A stretch of DNA of 64,000 nt. Source: Blastocladiella emersonii ATCC 22665 (Eukaryota > Fungi > Blastocladiomycota). Positions 47,312-58,140 of this stretch are shown here, piece after piece. The notes below the pieces were generated by a model. It saw only the letters and a program-made list of their open reading frames with translations. It made no database searches and had not been told where the DNA came from. Made by a program: the position numbers and the translations under genes. The stretch lies in NCBI GenBank assembly GCA_025594325.1, contig JANHCV010000001.1, positions 3,472,001 to 3,536,000 of the forward strand. The letters are read 5' to 3'. The first letter of the stretch is position 1, and every line of letters begins with the position of its first letter.

Positions 47312-50092
47312 CTACGCCTTGGCCGCGGCTCCCGCATCGCCCTCGAGCTCGGCGAGGTACGCCGCGACGCCCGCCGCCGCCGAGTTGAGCTTGAGCAGGA
47401 CCTCGTCCCACTCGTCGGCGGGGTCGCTGAGCGCGACAATAGCGCCGCCCGCGCCCACGGCGATCTCGCGGATCGCCGGGTCGTACGTCGCGGTGCGAAT
47501 CACCACGTTGAAGTGCGCGGTCCCGCACGCGCTCAGGAACCCGATCGAACCAGAGTACACCCCGCGCGGCGCCGGCGCCTCGAGCTGGTCCTCGAGCAGC
47601 TGCACCGTGCGCAGCTTGGGCGCCCCCGTCATGCTGCCCGGCGGGAACGAGTGACGCAGCGCGTCGACGGCCGTCAGGCGAGGGTCTAGGTCGCCCTGGA
47701 TCGTCGAGACGACTACATGGGAGTGCGGCGCGAGGTGAGTGGTTTACGAGGACGTCGTGAGGGAGCGAGATGAACGTACGCTGGTGGACCGTCTCGTACG
47801 ACTCGACGTGCATGAGGTGCGGGACGCGGACCGTGTCGGGCTTAGAGATGAGGTTCAGGTCGTTTCGGATGAGGTCGACGATCATGAGGTTCTCGGCGCG
47901 GTCCTTGACGTTGTTCTGCAGCGCGTCGCGGATCGCCGCGTCCTCGTCGGGCGTAGCCCCGCGCCGCGCGGTACCCTTGATCGGCTTCATGGTCACGGTC
48001 CCGTCGCGGTCGAGGCACAGGAACCGCTCGGGCGACGAGCACGCGATCCAGCGCGCGGTCCCGACGTCGTCGCCGATCTTGAGCAGCGCGCCGTACGGCG
48101 CCGGGTTGCGCTGCCGGATGCTCCGGTACAGCTCGAACGGGTCGACGCGGGTCCCGACGGGGACGCGGTGCCGGAACGTCGTCGTCATGCACACCTCGTA
48201 CGTCTCGCCCTGGTCGATGAGCTCGCGCGACTGCGCGATCGCCGCCAGGTACGCGTCGCGGTCGAGGTCCGGCGTGAACAGCGTGTGCGGTTCGACGGCG
48301 AGCGGGACGAGCGCGCGCGGCGGAAGCTTGAAGGTCGTGTTCATGCTCGTCGACACATCGCGCAGCCAGTCGAACTGCGACTTGCTCAGCGGGCCGAGAC
48401 CCGGCACGTTATCGAGCAGCGGCGTGTCGAGGATAGCCGCGTACACGGTCAGGGTCTTGTGGTCGAAGCACAGGACGCGGTCGAGGAGGACGAAGCTGGC
48501 GTCGGGGAAGCCCGTCTCCTTGGCGTGCGGCGGGAGCGACAGCGACTCGGCCTTCATCTCGTACCCGACGTACCCGGCGAGCCCGCCGAGGAACGGCGGC
48601 AGCGCGTCGCGGCGGAGCTTGATCTGCTTCCCGAACCGCGAGTAGACGGTCGGGCCGTGCTTGAGGTTGATGCGGAACTTCTGCTGGACCTCGTTCAGGT
48701 GGTCGAAGAACGAGTCGACCCCGCGCTGCACGTCGATTGCGCGGTCCGACGCCGGGTGGTACGTGGTGCGCAGCGACTTCATTTTGGCCGAGTAGCTGAG
48801 CGCGAACCCGTGCATGGACATGGCGCCGATGTAGCTCCACCGCGTCGCGCCCTCGACGCGCGCGCTGTCGAGCCACACCGTGTACTTTTCGTCGGCGTAG
48901 AACTTGGCGTACACGGCCTCGGGGTCCGCCCAGTCCATCTCGTACACGCGGCACCGCGCCGGCGCCGCGCGCTCGTCGCGCGTGGGGTCCACGGTGGGCG
49001 CGTAGAACGACGGGACTACCGTGTGCTGGTTGACGAGGCCGGCCCACGCCGCGTCGCTGGGGCCGGCGAGCGCGGCACCGCGGCAGTTGCGGTCGTCGAG
49101 GGCGAGCTGGCAGAAGTTGGTGATGATGGTCTGCCCGTGCTCGGAGCAGATCGACTCGGGGTGGAACTGCACGCCGTACTGCGGGGAGTAGTGGTGGTGC
49201 AGGCCCATGATGATCCGGCGGCCCGTGGACTCGTCGGTGGTCCAGGCGTCGGCTTCGATGGCGGGGGACAGGCGGTCTGTGCGGACGTGGCGTGTGAGCA
49301 ACGGGTGCCGTGGTAGGAACGGCGAGCAAAGCGCACCTTCATCGACGATGAGCGAGTGGTACCGCACGACGTTGAACGGGGACGGGATCCCGGCGTAGAG
49401 ACCCGTGCCGTTGTGCTGGACGGCGCACACGCGGCCGTGCATGACCTCGGGCGCGCGCACAACCTTGCAGGCGAAGGCGGCGGCGATGCCCTGGTGGCCG
49501 AGGCACACGCCGAGCACAGGGAGTTGCTGGTACTTGATGATGTCGCGGCAGATGCCAAAGTCCTACCCGGCGCGAGTGCGTCAGGCAGTTGAACGAGCCC
49601 GCACCGGCTCAAGCGGCCGTACCTTGGGATTTTCAGGGTGGCCAGGGCCGGGCGACACGATCACGGCGTCGACCTGCGGGAGGATGGTCGACTTGAACGT
49701 TGGCCTGAAAGGTCGTGGCACGGAGGCAGGGTCAGCGCTCCTGCACGCACGCCACGAAGAAGCCGCGACCGCACGAACCAATCAAACTCGTTGTTGCGAA
49801 TGACGAGTGGAGGGTTCTCGAGCGATTTGCAGAGCAGCTGGTAGAGGTTGAAGGTGTACGAGTCAAAGTTGTCGACGATGACCACGCGGAGGGGGAACCG
49901 CTTCGGCGGCGCGGGCGGTTCGGCCGGCTCGACCTTGGCCGCGGCGTCAAGGTCCGACGACGCCTGGGCGACGGCGGCAGCGGCAGCGGCGGCGCGCTCA
50001 CGCTCACGGTCGCGCCGGTACTCGCGCTCGAGCTCGTACTTGACCCCCTGCGCGCAATACATGCGATGGTTGATAGCTTCGTAAGACTCCAT
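47312..50092 (-). CDS. ABZ1: Bifunctional aminodeoxychorismate synthase (PabA-PabB fusion), multi-exon
   Basis: IVDNFDSYTFNLYQ, SPGPGHP, LGVCLGHQ, RYHSL, GVQFHPES; MKPIKGT, KDRAENLMIVDLIRNDL, PPGSMTGAPK, GAGGAIVALS. Confidence 0.95.
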
Positions 50093-50343
50093 GGTAATGC
50101 ACTGAGCTAAGTTACATGGATGGCCGTGTTGATGGCCGTGAGGGAGAGTTGGGATGAGGTGCGGGGGGACTCGGAAGTGATGGAGGTCGGCGCGATCGCG
50201 GCTTTCCGGTCCATGCCGCGCGTGGCATTTCTGCTCGCGGCCGGCAGGGCGCCCTGACAAAAGTCTAGGTCATGTATGGACCGAGGGTCGCGTCTATTTT
50301 ATCTTTTTCTAGGGTAGGGATATGGGGAGGGAGAGAGCGACAT

Positions 50344-50958
50344 CTAGATGGCCTCGACCTCCTCGAGCGTGTCGGCCACGACAAACTGGCGCGCGTCGAG
50401 GGCAAAGTCGGTGGGCGAGTCGAGCAGGTCGGCCAGGTCGATGGTGGCCTCCTCGACGCCGTCCTCGAGCTGGAACAGGCGGTGGCCGTCGTGGTCGGCC
50501 GCGTCCTCGAGGTGCATCTCGCCCGACGCGGCGGCGGCGCGAACGTAGCGCGGCGCGGTGCTGAACGACGCGAGGTCCTCGCCGTCGTCGTCGAAGGACG
50601 GGAGCACGAACCGGGCCTTGGTGCGGGTCGTCGTCTGCACAAACTGCGGGATGTGGTCGAACCCGGACAGCGTGTCGGCCGGCGCGCGGTCCGACTCGCG
50701 GCCGTCGAGGTCGGTCGGGCGCGGCAGGTACACGGTGACGGTCGTGGTCGCCTTGGCCTTGGGCGCGCCGGCCGCGTCGCCGTCGCCGAGGAACGAGCTC
50801 GGGGCATCGTCGGACTCGCGGTTGTTAACGCTGTTGCGCAGGGCGTGCAGGATCCGGTCGAGCGGGTTGGTTGACGGGTACGGCGTCGCGGCGGCGAGGC
50901 GCGGCGCGAGCAGCGCGAGGAGCAGCAGCGCGTTGAGGATGAGCGTGGTCGTCCGCAT
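50344..50958 (-). CDS. Hypothetical secreted acidic protein
   Basis: Signal peptide MRTTTLILNALLLLALLAPRLAAA; 204-aa intronless ORF with coding bias; Asp/Glu-rich. Confidence 0.7.
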   Translation of the reverse strand: MRTTTLILNALLLLALLAPRLAAATPYPSTNPLDRILHALRNSVNNRESDDAPSSFLGDGDAAGAPKAKATTTVTVYLPRPTDLDGRESDRAPADTLSGFDHIPQFVQTTTRTKARFVLPSFDDDGEDLASFSTAPRYVRAAAASGEMHLEDAADHDGHRLFQLEDGVEEATIDLADLLDSPTDFALDARQFVVADTLEEVEAI

Positions 50959-51394
50959 GGTGGTGGTTATTTTACTTGGTGGATGGTTGTTGATACGTGA
51001 TCTAGGGGAGGAGGGGAATTTTTTGCGGGCCGTGATGGATGAGCTCGTTCAACGCGTTGGAGCCGGCGCGAGACAGCGGTGCGAGACATTTCTGCAGAAA
51101 CACGTGCGCGCGAGGGACGGCAACGGGGGCATGTGACCGAGCGTGAACCGCGTACACACGGGTGCGGCGCGGGCGCGGCAGGCGTGTGGCGCGGGGGGTC
51201 GCGGCCGGGGGCGCCGTGCCGGCCCCTGCCCGCCCTGCCGCGCGCCGTTCCCATGTCGCGCGCGGCGGCGCATCCCCCCACGCTCTCCTTGACGAATCTC
51301 ACTCGACTTTTCGCCCCGCCGCACTCGCCAACCTCCGAGCGCCGCGCCCCCCCTACACTAGCCCACCCCCTACCCGACTTTTCCCTCGTCCACC

Positions 51395-53516
51395 ATGGTT
51401 TCCGCGAGTAAGGCCAAGCGTCTGGCCAAGAAGGCCGACAAGAAGGGCGCTTCGGCCAAGGACATTGCCGCCGCCGCCGACGCCATGGCCTCGCTCAACG
51501 TCAAGGGCTCGACCTCGGAGCTCGACGCCCACATGCTGCGCACCGTCACGGGTGTGCTCACCTCGCTCAAGACTTCGCGCGACGTCAAGGTCGAGGGCCT
51601 CACGCTCTCTTCGTTCGGCAAGGTCCTCCTCTCGGAGACCTCGCTCGAGCTCAACTTTGGCCGTCGCTACGGTCTCCTCGGGTACGGTCTCCGTCCGCCC
51701 GGTGACTGGCGCAGCGGCAGCGGCACCGCGCGAGCGGCGCCACCCAGCTCCTCTGGCTGGCAAGCCCTCGGCACCGCTGCTGCCTGCTCAGCCACCCTCG
51801 CAGCGTGCATGAACCGCGGAAAGCTCATCCTTGTCTATCGCATTCCACGCGCGTAGTGAGAACGGCTCGGGCAAGACGACCATGCTCCGCGCCATCGCCG
51901 CGCGCGAGGTGCCCATCCCCGAGCACATCGACATCTACCTGCTCGACGAGCCCGCGCCCAAGACCGACATGACCGGTCTCGAGTGGGTCCTCGACGAGGC
52001 CAACAAGGAGATGAAGCGCCTCGAGGACCTGGCCGACAAGATCCTCGTTGAGGAGGGCCCCGAGGACCCGAACCTGCAGGACATCTACGAGCGCATCGAC
52101 GCCATGGACCCCTCCACGTTCGAGTCGCGCGTCTCGTCCATCCTCTACGGTCTCGGCTTCGACGCCAAGATGATGCCCCGCGCCACCAAGGACATGTCCG
52201 GTGGCTGGCGCATGCGCGTCGCCCTCGCCAAGGCCCTCTTCGTCCGCCCCACGCTCCTCCTCCTCGACGAGCCCACGGCGCATCTCGACCTGGGCGCGTG
52301 CGTGTGGCTCGAGCGCTACCTCGCCAGCTACGACCGCATCCTCGTCATTGTCTCGCACTCGCAGGACTTCCTCAACGGCGTGTGCACGGACACGATCGAC
52401 CTCCGCAAGGACAAGCTCTTCTACTACGGCGGTAACTACGACACCTACGTGCGCACCCGCACCGAGAACGAGACCAACCAGATGAAGCAGTACCACAAGC
52501 AGCAGGAGGAGATTGCCCACATCAAGGCCTTCATCGCCTCGTGCGGTACCTTCGCCAACCTCGTGCGCCAGGCCAAGTCGCGCCAGAAGATCCTCGACAA
52601 GATGATCGAGGACGGCCTCATCGAGGAGGTGGTCCCCGACCGCCTGCTCACGATCCGCTTCCCCGAGATGCCCAAGCTCCCGCCCCCGGTCCTCGGCTTC
52701 GACAACATCTCCTTCTCCTACTCGGGTGACCTCAAGGACGCCCTGTACAAGAACCTCAGCCTCGGTGTCGACATGGACTCGCGTATCGCGCTCGTCGGCG
52801 CCAACGGTACCGGCAAGGTGCGTTTTTCTGCTATGATTCGCCCGCGGTGATGACCGAAACTAACTTCGTTCCCTACCCGCTCGGTTCGCGCCATCTAGAG
52901 TACTCTCCGTACGTGTTCTCCTCCTGTGCTTAGACCACCCACGATCAACCGATGCTAACGAACGCTCTTCGCTTCCGTAGTCAACATCATGATGGGCAAG
53001 CTCAACCCGCAGGAGGGCCGCATGCAGCGCAACTCGTCGCTCAAGATCGGCCACTACTCGCAGCACTCGGCCGATGTCCTCGACCTCGAGAAGTCGGCGC
53101 TCGAGTTCCTGCGCGACAAGTACCCGACCATCTCGCAGGACTTCCAGTACTGGCGTGGCCAGGTCGGTCGCTTCGGTCTGACCAAGGACGCGCAGACGGC
53201 CAAGATCGGCACCCTGTCCGAGGGCCAGAAGTCGCGCATCGTGTTCTGCATGCTCGCCATCGAGTCGCCCAACATCCTCCTCCTCGACGAGCCGACTAAC
53301 GGCCTCGATATGAACGCCATCGACTCGCTCGCCGACGCCATCAACCACTACTCGGGTGGTGTCGTGGTCGTGTCCCACGACTTCCGCCTGCTCGACAAGG
53401 TCGCCAAGGACATTCTCCTGGTCGAGAACAAGAACATCCGTCGCTGGGAGGGCGACATTCAGTCGTACAAGAACTACCTCGCCAAGCAGGTCGAGAAGTC
53501 GCTCGTGACGGCCTAA
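51395..53516 (+). CDS. ARB1: ABC-F family ATPase Arb1/ABCF2, 3 exons
   Basis: [27 protein letters not shown]|[31 protein letters not shown], second [22 protein letters not shown]; no TM segments. Confidence 0.96.
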
Positions 53517-54611
53517 ATCTGTGTGTCGTTGTCGTCGTCGTTTTGTATCCATGAACTAGCCCCCACTTAGCCCCTCCCCAAATCCTTTGTTCCATACTCT
53601 TCCCCTCTGTTTCTCTCAGCCTTCTATAACAATCACGTTGCAACCCACGACTCGCCCATGACCACCAAACTGAATCCTGTCGTCAGTCTGGCTTGGACGG
53701 TGGTCGCGGTCGTGGCCTCGGTGACGCGACGCTTCGCGTGCCCTCATCGTCACCAGATCCGTTTCGCTAGATCCGTTTCGCTAAACACGTAGGATTACTT
53801 CTAATTGGCTCGTGAACCTTGTGAATCGCCATAACGCAAGCGTGCTACGGCCGAACGAGCAGCGGTGTCGATGACCGCGGAAGGACCGTGGCCGTTGCCG
53901 CCGCGCAACGCATCCGTTCGCGTGCTCTGCCGGCTTGATCATCGTCACTTTAGGCGCCAAACCCTGCCCATAATCCACTGCCTTGTGTTTTAGGAGTGGT
54001 GATATGGTGGGTAAATTCACAGGAAAGGCGTACGCCTACCGAACGAGCGGCTATGGTGATGGTCGCGACGACCGCGACCATGGCCATGGCCAGCGCGTGA
54101 CGCGTCGCTTGGCGTAGTTCACTGAGGCAAAAGGTCGTACATGCCAGCGCCTTAGCGATGAACGCTCCCGTTCCAGGTCAATTTATTTACGAAGCAACAG
54201 AGACAGCTTATTTATTCATGAGGCAGGCGGAGGAAGCCCTAGCGAGCGGCATCTGGTGATGCGACGCGTGAGCGGTGACCGTGGCCATCGCGACGCGCCA
54301 TCTGCCGATCGGAAGGCCATGTGAGTGCATCTGCCGTGAGGTGCTGAGGGCGCAAGGTGGAGTTAAACGAAGGGATGCTTAATGAAGCTGAGAAACCTTT
54401 CTCAACAACATCTGGTCACTCACGAAGGGAGAACGACCAGCTATGCATCGCTCGAGCGGAAAAAGAGCGATCACACTCAGGAGTCGACACACAAGTAGAG
54501 TAGGAACAAAGACTATGAACCATTGAGTACAAAGCTCACCAGTAGCAGTGGAGGGAGCAATTCGAGCGAACAAGAAGATGGGCGACTCGATTCGACCGTC
54601 AACCGCTTCGC

Positions 54612-55445
54612 TTAGCAGCAGCCGTGGTTGATGGGCAGGATCGTCACGTCGCAGTCGTTGTTGTTGATGGGCATGATGTGCATGTCGCCGCCGTTGCCGG
54701 TGGTGCTGCAGTCGCCCGAGGGACCCCAGGTGGCGGGGTTGCCGCCAACGAAGCCGTCGGCCGAGTGGTGGCCCTGGAACTGGGTCTGCGACTGCGACTG
54801 CGACTGGAACGCGTCGCCGTGGCCGTTGGACCACTGGCCCTGCGACTGCGACTGGTGCTGCGCGGCGTCGCCGTGGCCGGTGCCCCACTGAGTCTGCGAC
54901 TGCTGCTGGGACTGCGACTGAGCACCGTGACCGCCGAACTGGGCCTGCGACTGCGACTGGGTCTGGTCGACCGAGTGATGGTTGCCCCAGTTGCCCTGGA
55001 ACTGCGACTGGGACTGCTGCTGCGCGGCGTCGCCGTGGTGGTTGCCCCAGTTGCCCTGGAACTGCGACTGCGACTGCGACTGAGCGGCGTCGCCGTGGCC
55101 GTTGCCCCACTGCGACTGGGACTGCGACTGCGACTGCTGCTGGGCACCGTGGCCGTGGCCGAACTGGGTCTGCGACTGGGACTGGGCCTGGTCGACCGAG
55201 TGGTGGCCCTGGAACTGCGACTGCGACTGCGACTGGGACTGCGACTGCACGGCGTCGCCGCCAAACTGGGACTGCGACTGCGACTGCGACTGCGACTGCT
55301 GCTGGGCGCCCGAGCCGTGGCCGAACTGGGTCTGCGACTGCGACTGCGACTGCGACTGAGCGCCGTGGCCGCCAAACTGGGCCTGCGACTGCGACTGCGA
55401 CTGGGTCTGGACGGCGGGGACGTGGATCGGGGCGCAGAAGGTCAT
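54612..55445 (-). CDS. Gln/Ser/Gly/His-rich repeat protein, copy A (277 aa)
   Basis: ATG after CACCAC..AAG leader; MTFCAPIHVP then 12 (QS)n-aromatic-Gly/His units; ends PINHGCC; strong codon bias. Confidence 0.85.
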   Translation of the reverse strand: MTFCAPIHVPAVQTQSQSQSQAQFGGHGAQSQSQSQSQTQFGHGSGAQQQSQSQSQSQSQFGGDAVQSQSQSQSQSQFQGHHSVDQAQSQSQTQFGHGHGAQQQSQSQSQSQWGNGHGDAAQSQSQSQFQGNWGNHHGDAAQQQSQSQFQGNWGNHHSVDQTQSQSQAQFGGHGAQSQSQQQSQTQWGTGHGDAAQHQSQSQGQWSNGHGDAFQSQSQSQTQFQGHHSADGFVGGNPATWGPSGDCSTTGNGGDMHIMPINNNDCDVTILPINHGCC

Positions 55446-55551
55446 CTTGGTGGTGGTGGTGGTGGTGGCAGTGTTGAGGGAGCGAGCGGTGGTCAAGAAA
55501 GCTGCTGAGGGTGCTGATCAAGTGGAAGGGGAAGCCGGGGCACGCCATGTT

Positions 55552-55557
55552 CTTATA
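55552..55557 (-). promoter_or_regulatory. Putative TATA element of copy A
   Basis: TATAAG about 110 nt upstream of ATG; mirror of 60929-60934. Confidence 0.4.
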
Positions 55558-57499
55558 CTTCTTCGCTCGTTCGTTCGCTCACCGACGATTCCGACTCGGA
55601 GTAGAGAGACGCGTCGCTAAAAATTGTCGCTCACCCCCACGAAGCCGTCGCGTCGTTTCAGCAGCGGCCGACCGACCCGTCGAGCTCGACCGCTCACCGC
55701 AAGGCGCGCAGCGGTCCGCGGTTCGGCAGCACCGACCCACACGAGTGGACTCGCTGCGGAAGCGCTGCGGATCACTGCTCGGTGTCGTGTCAAGTTCTTC
55801 AAGCCGCCGCTGCTGACGAACAGCCGAGCTAGAGCAGGTGGATGCCGTTTCCTCTCCATAGCGCAGGATGGCCCTCAGCGTGGTGTGGCGCAGGCGACGG
55901 CCGTGATCCATTCGAGTGCATTGCAGGGAGTAGGCGACTTCATGGTTGCGGGGTTGTGAGGGAGCAAGAGAGGGAGCATCGAGGTCGGTCGCCGCCAGCG
56001 AGAACCGGCCGATCAGCGCGCTGTCTCGCCCCGCTCACGTGTTTGTTCGACGCGTCTCCGCTTCTCGGGTCCGCATCCTTGCGCAGTCGAGACACGAGAC
56101 ACGAGACACGAGACGATCGAGAGAGATAGGAAAGTACGGGATGCAGTCTATTCGCACACACAGTTCACGGGCCAGCCGACGCCGGCGCTCAGTCGCACGC
56201 GTCGACGCATGGTCGCGCCCTCCCGGCCGGGCGAAACGAAACGAGAACCGACGCGTCCCCGCGCTGCTGTACGAGCAAAAGAGTCAAGTCGGAGAGAGGG
56301 GCGGAGCGTGGTGAGAAGGAGGAAGGGGGTCCCGATTAAAGGGAACTGCGACACCGCCGCCACAACGCACTACTCGGGATGCACCAAGGATGGCCGCCCC
56401 ACCGACCCCAAACGCGTCAGACCACGCAGAACACACCGCCCAAGCCGTACAGCACTCGGTGGTGCACACCGACCCTAGCCGGCCAGCAGAAAGGGTCGCA
56501 TACTCGCAGAGGTGCATGCGATTCAGCGGTCCGGCTACTCGCTAGGCGAGGTCACTGCGCGAGACGGGGAATGCAGCACATGCGTCGGAAACCCAGCTGC
56601 AGCGCGGCGCAGGAGACGATGGCGAGCCGAGGAGAGGCAAGGAAACGATGGGTATACGAGGAGGTTCGTAGGATGGACGCGCGCAAGAGGCAGTGAGGCA
56701 GCAGCCGACAGCGAGTGCGGCACACCCCGGATGCACCCGTTTTGCACGCCGCGGGTAGGCTGATACAATGGGTTGGCTTCCCGGACGGGATGCGAGGGAA
56801 ACATCAAGGAGGTGGGTAGTGGGGTGGGGGTGGGGTGGGTCGCGATGCATGAGCCGTACCAGGTGGCGATGGACACGTTACGCGCGCGCGAGCTAGACGA
56901 TGCGCGAGCGAGCGATCGGTTCGACGACGTGTACCAGCCCGCCAATGGTGGGCGAGACGAGCAGCATGTTGAGGTTGTTGATGGTCTTGATCGAGACGCG
57001 GAAGTGTGCGCGGGCGGGAGGCGAACAAGAGTTAGCGAGTAACACTCGGGATGCGGGTCGGAGGTGAGTCGTACCGAGTCCCAAAGTAGACGAAGAGTTG
57101 AGGTGCGCGACGGTCCCACCGCGAGCGCGAGTACTTCTTGAGCCGCGCGGGTACACGTGGCGCTGTTGAAGATTCGGTCGGCCGTGGTGCTCGCGGTGGT
57201 GGTTGGTGCCTCGTATCGGCGACGTGCACCAGAGTCCGACGAGAGGTGGAAGATGTGGTCGCTACACGAGGCAGCGATGTGAGCACGCGATCGGTCGACC
57301 GTGATGCGAGCAGGGCGTACGAGAGGCGAGAAACCCTTGATGATCACCGCAGACCGCCGAGAGCGTCGAGCCACGCGCGACTGTCGCCGATCAAGTGCGC
57401 GAGCGCGTGAAGGCGACTCGGCCGTCGCGTTAATGGCGAGCGAGCTGGCGGACATGGCGATAGTGGTCGAAGGTGTCGTCGAGCTCGGCAGGGCGTGTG

Positions 57500-58140
57500 G
57501 ATCGAGCCGTCGTGATGGGCGCCGCCATTCGGCGCGGGATGCGGGATGCGCGTACTGGAGCCCGCCGAGATGTCGAAGGCCGAACCACCGCTGTATTGAT
57601 GCGGAAGCCGACGAGAACACGCCGCGCGCGAGTGCGCGGGGCGACGACCGTGGCCGTACGTGGTTCGACTAGTCGCGTGGTGGCTACACGAAGCAAACTG
57701 GTGAACACGCGATTGGCTAACCACACACTGATCAGGACATACGAACGCTGAAGCGTGACCTGTGCGAGAGTGTCGAGCCGTGGACGCCGTCGACCGGGTA
57801 CGTGAGGACACGATGATGACCTGGTCGGCCTTGATGATGACGGCGGTGCTTGGCGCCGCGCATGCCGCCGCGCGTACTCGAACCCGACGAGATGGTGAGG
57901 TCGAGCCACCACTGGATCGACAACGCGGGAGCAGCCGAGAACAGGTTGCGCGCGCGCGAAGCGAAGTCACGATGCCGTGCCGTGATAGTGCTGCAGCTAC
58001 ACGAGGTCGAGGGTTGAGGAGTGAGCGCACAACCAGACGAGCACCCAGAGATCAGGTCGTACGAACGTTGAAGCCGAACTTGTTCTTGGTAGCCGTGAAC
58101 TGCGCGAGTGTCGAGCCATGGCCGCCGTCGATCAGGCGCG
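57500..58140 (-). pseudogene. Diverged tandem duplication (about 320-bp period) of an exon-intron-exon module; probable decayed gene in palindrome spacer
   Basis: GATCAGGxCxTACGAACGxTGAAGC at 57730 and 58050; GCGCGTACT..CCCG.CGAGATG at 57548 and 57870; both units have GT(A)...CGTGTAG introns on the minus strand; frames broken. Confidence 0.5.

Larger units (their letters stand above)
54522..56671. repeat. Left arm of 2,150-bp inverted repeat
   Basis: Reverse complement of 59815-61964 (position + partner = 116486); all mirrored ORF translations identical; spot checks identical. Confidence 0.97.

Noticed and set aside
53755-53782. 14-bp tandem duplication AGATCCGTTTCGCT x2
   Set aside because: Isolated two-copy slippage in intergenic DNA with no further structure.
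55102-55359. Cys/Asp/Trp-rich ORFs (CDCDCDW) and RLRLRL or SRSRSR ORFs over the repeat genes
   Set aside because: Antisense and alternative-frame shadows of the (CAGTCG)n Gln-Ser codons; only the Q/S frame has an ATG in good context, a TATA element and non-repetitive caps.
54780-55400. Regular short repeats with variable spacers resembling a CRISPR array
   Set aside because: Repeats are in-frame hexamer codon runs of variable length in a eukaryotic CDS; no cas genes.
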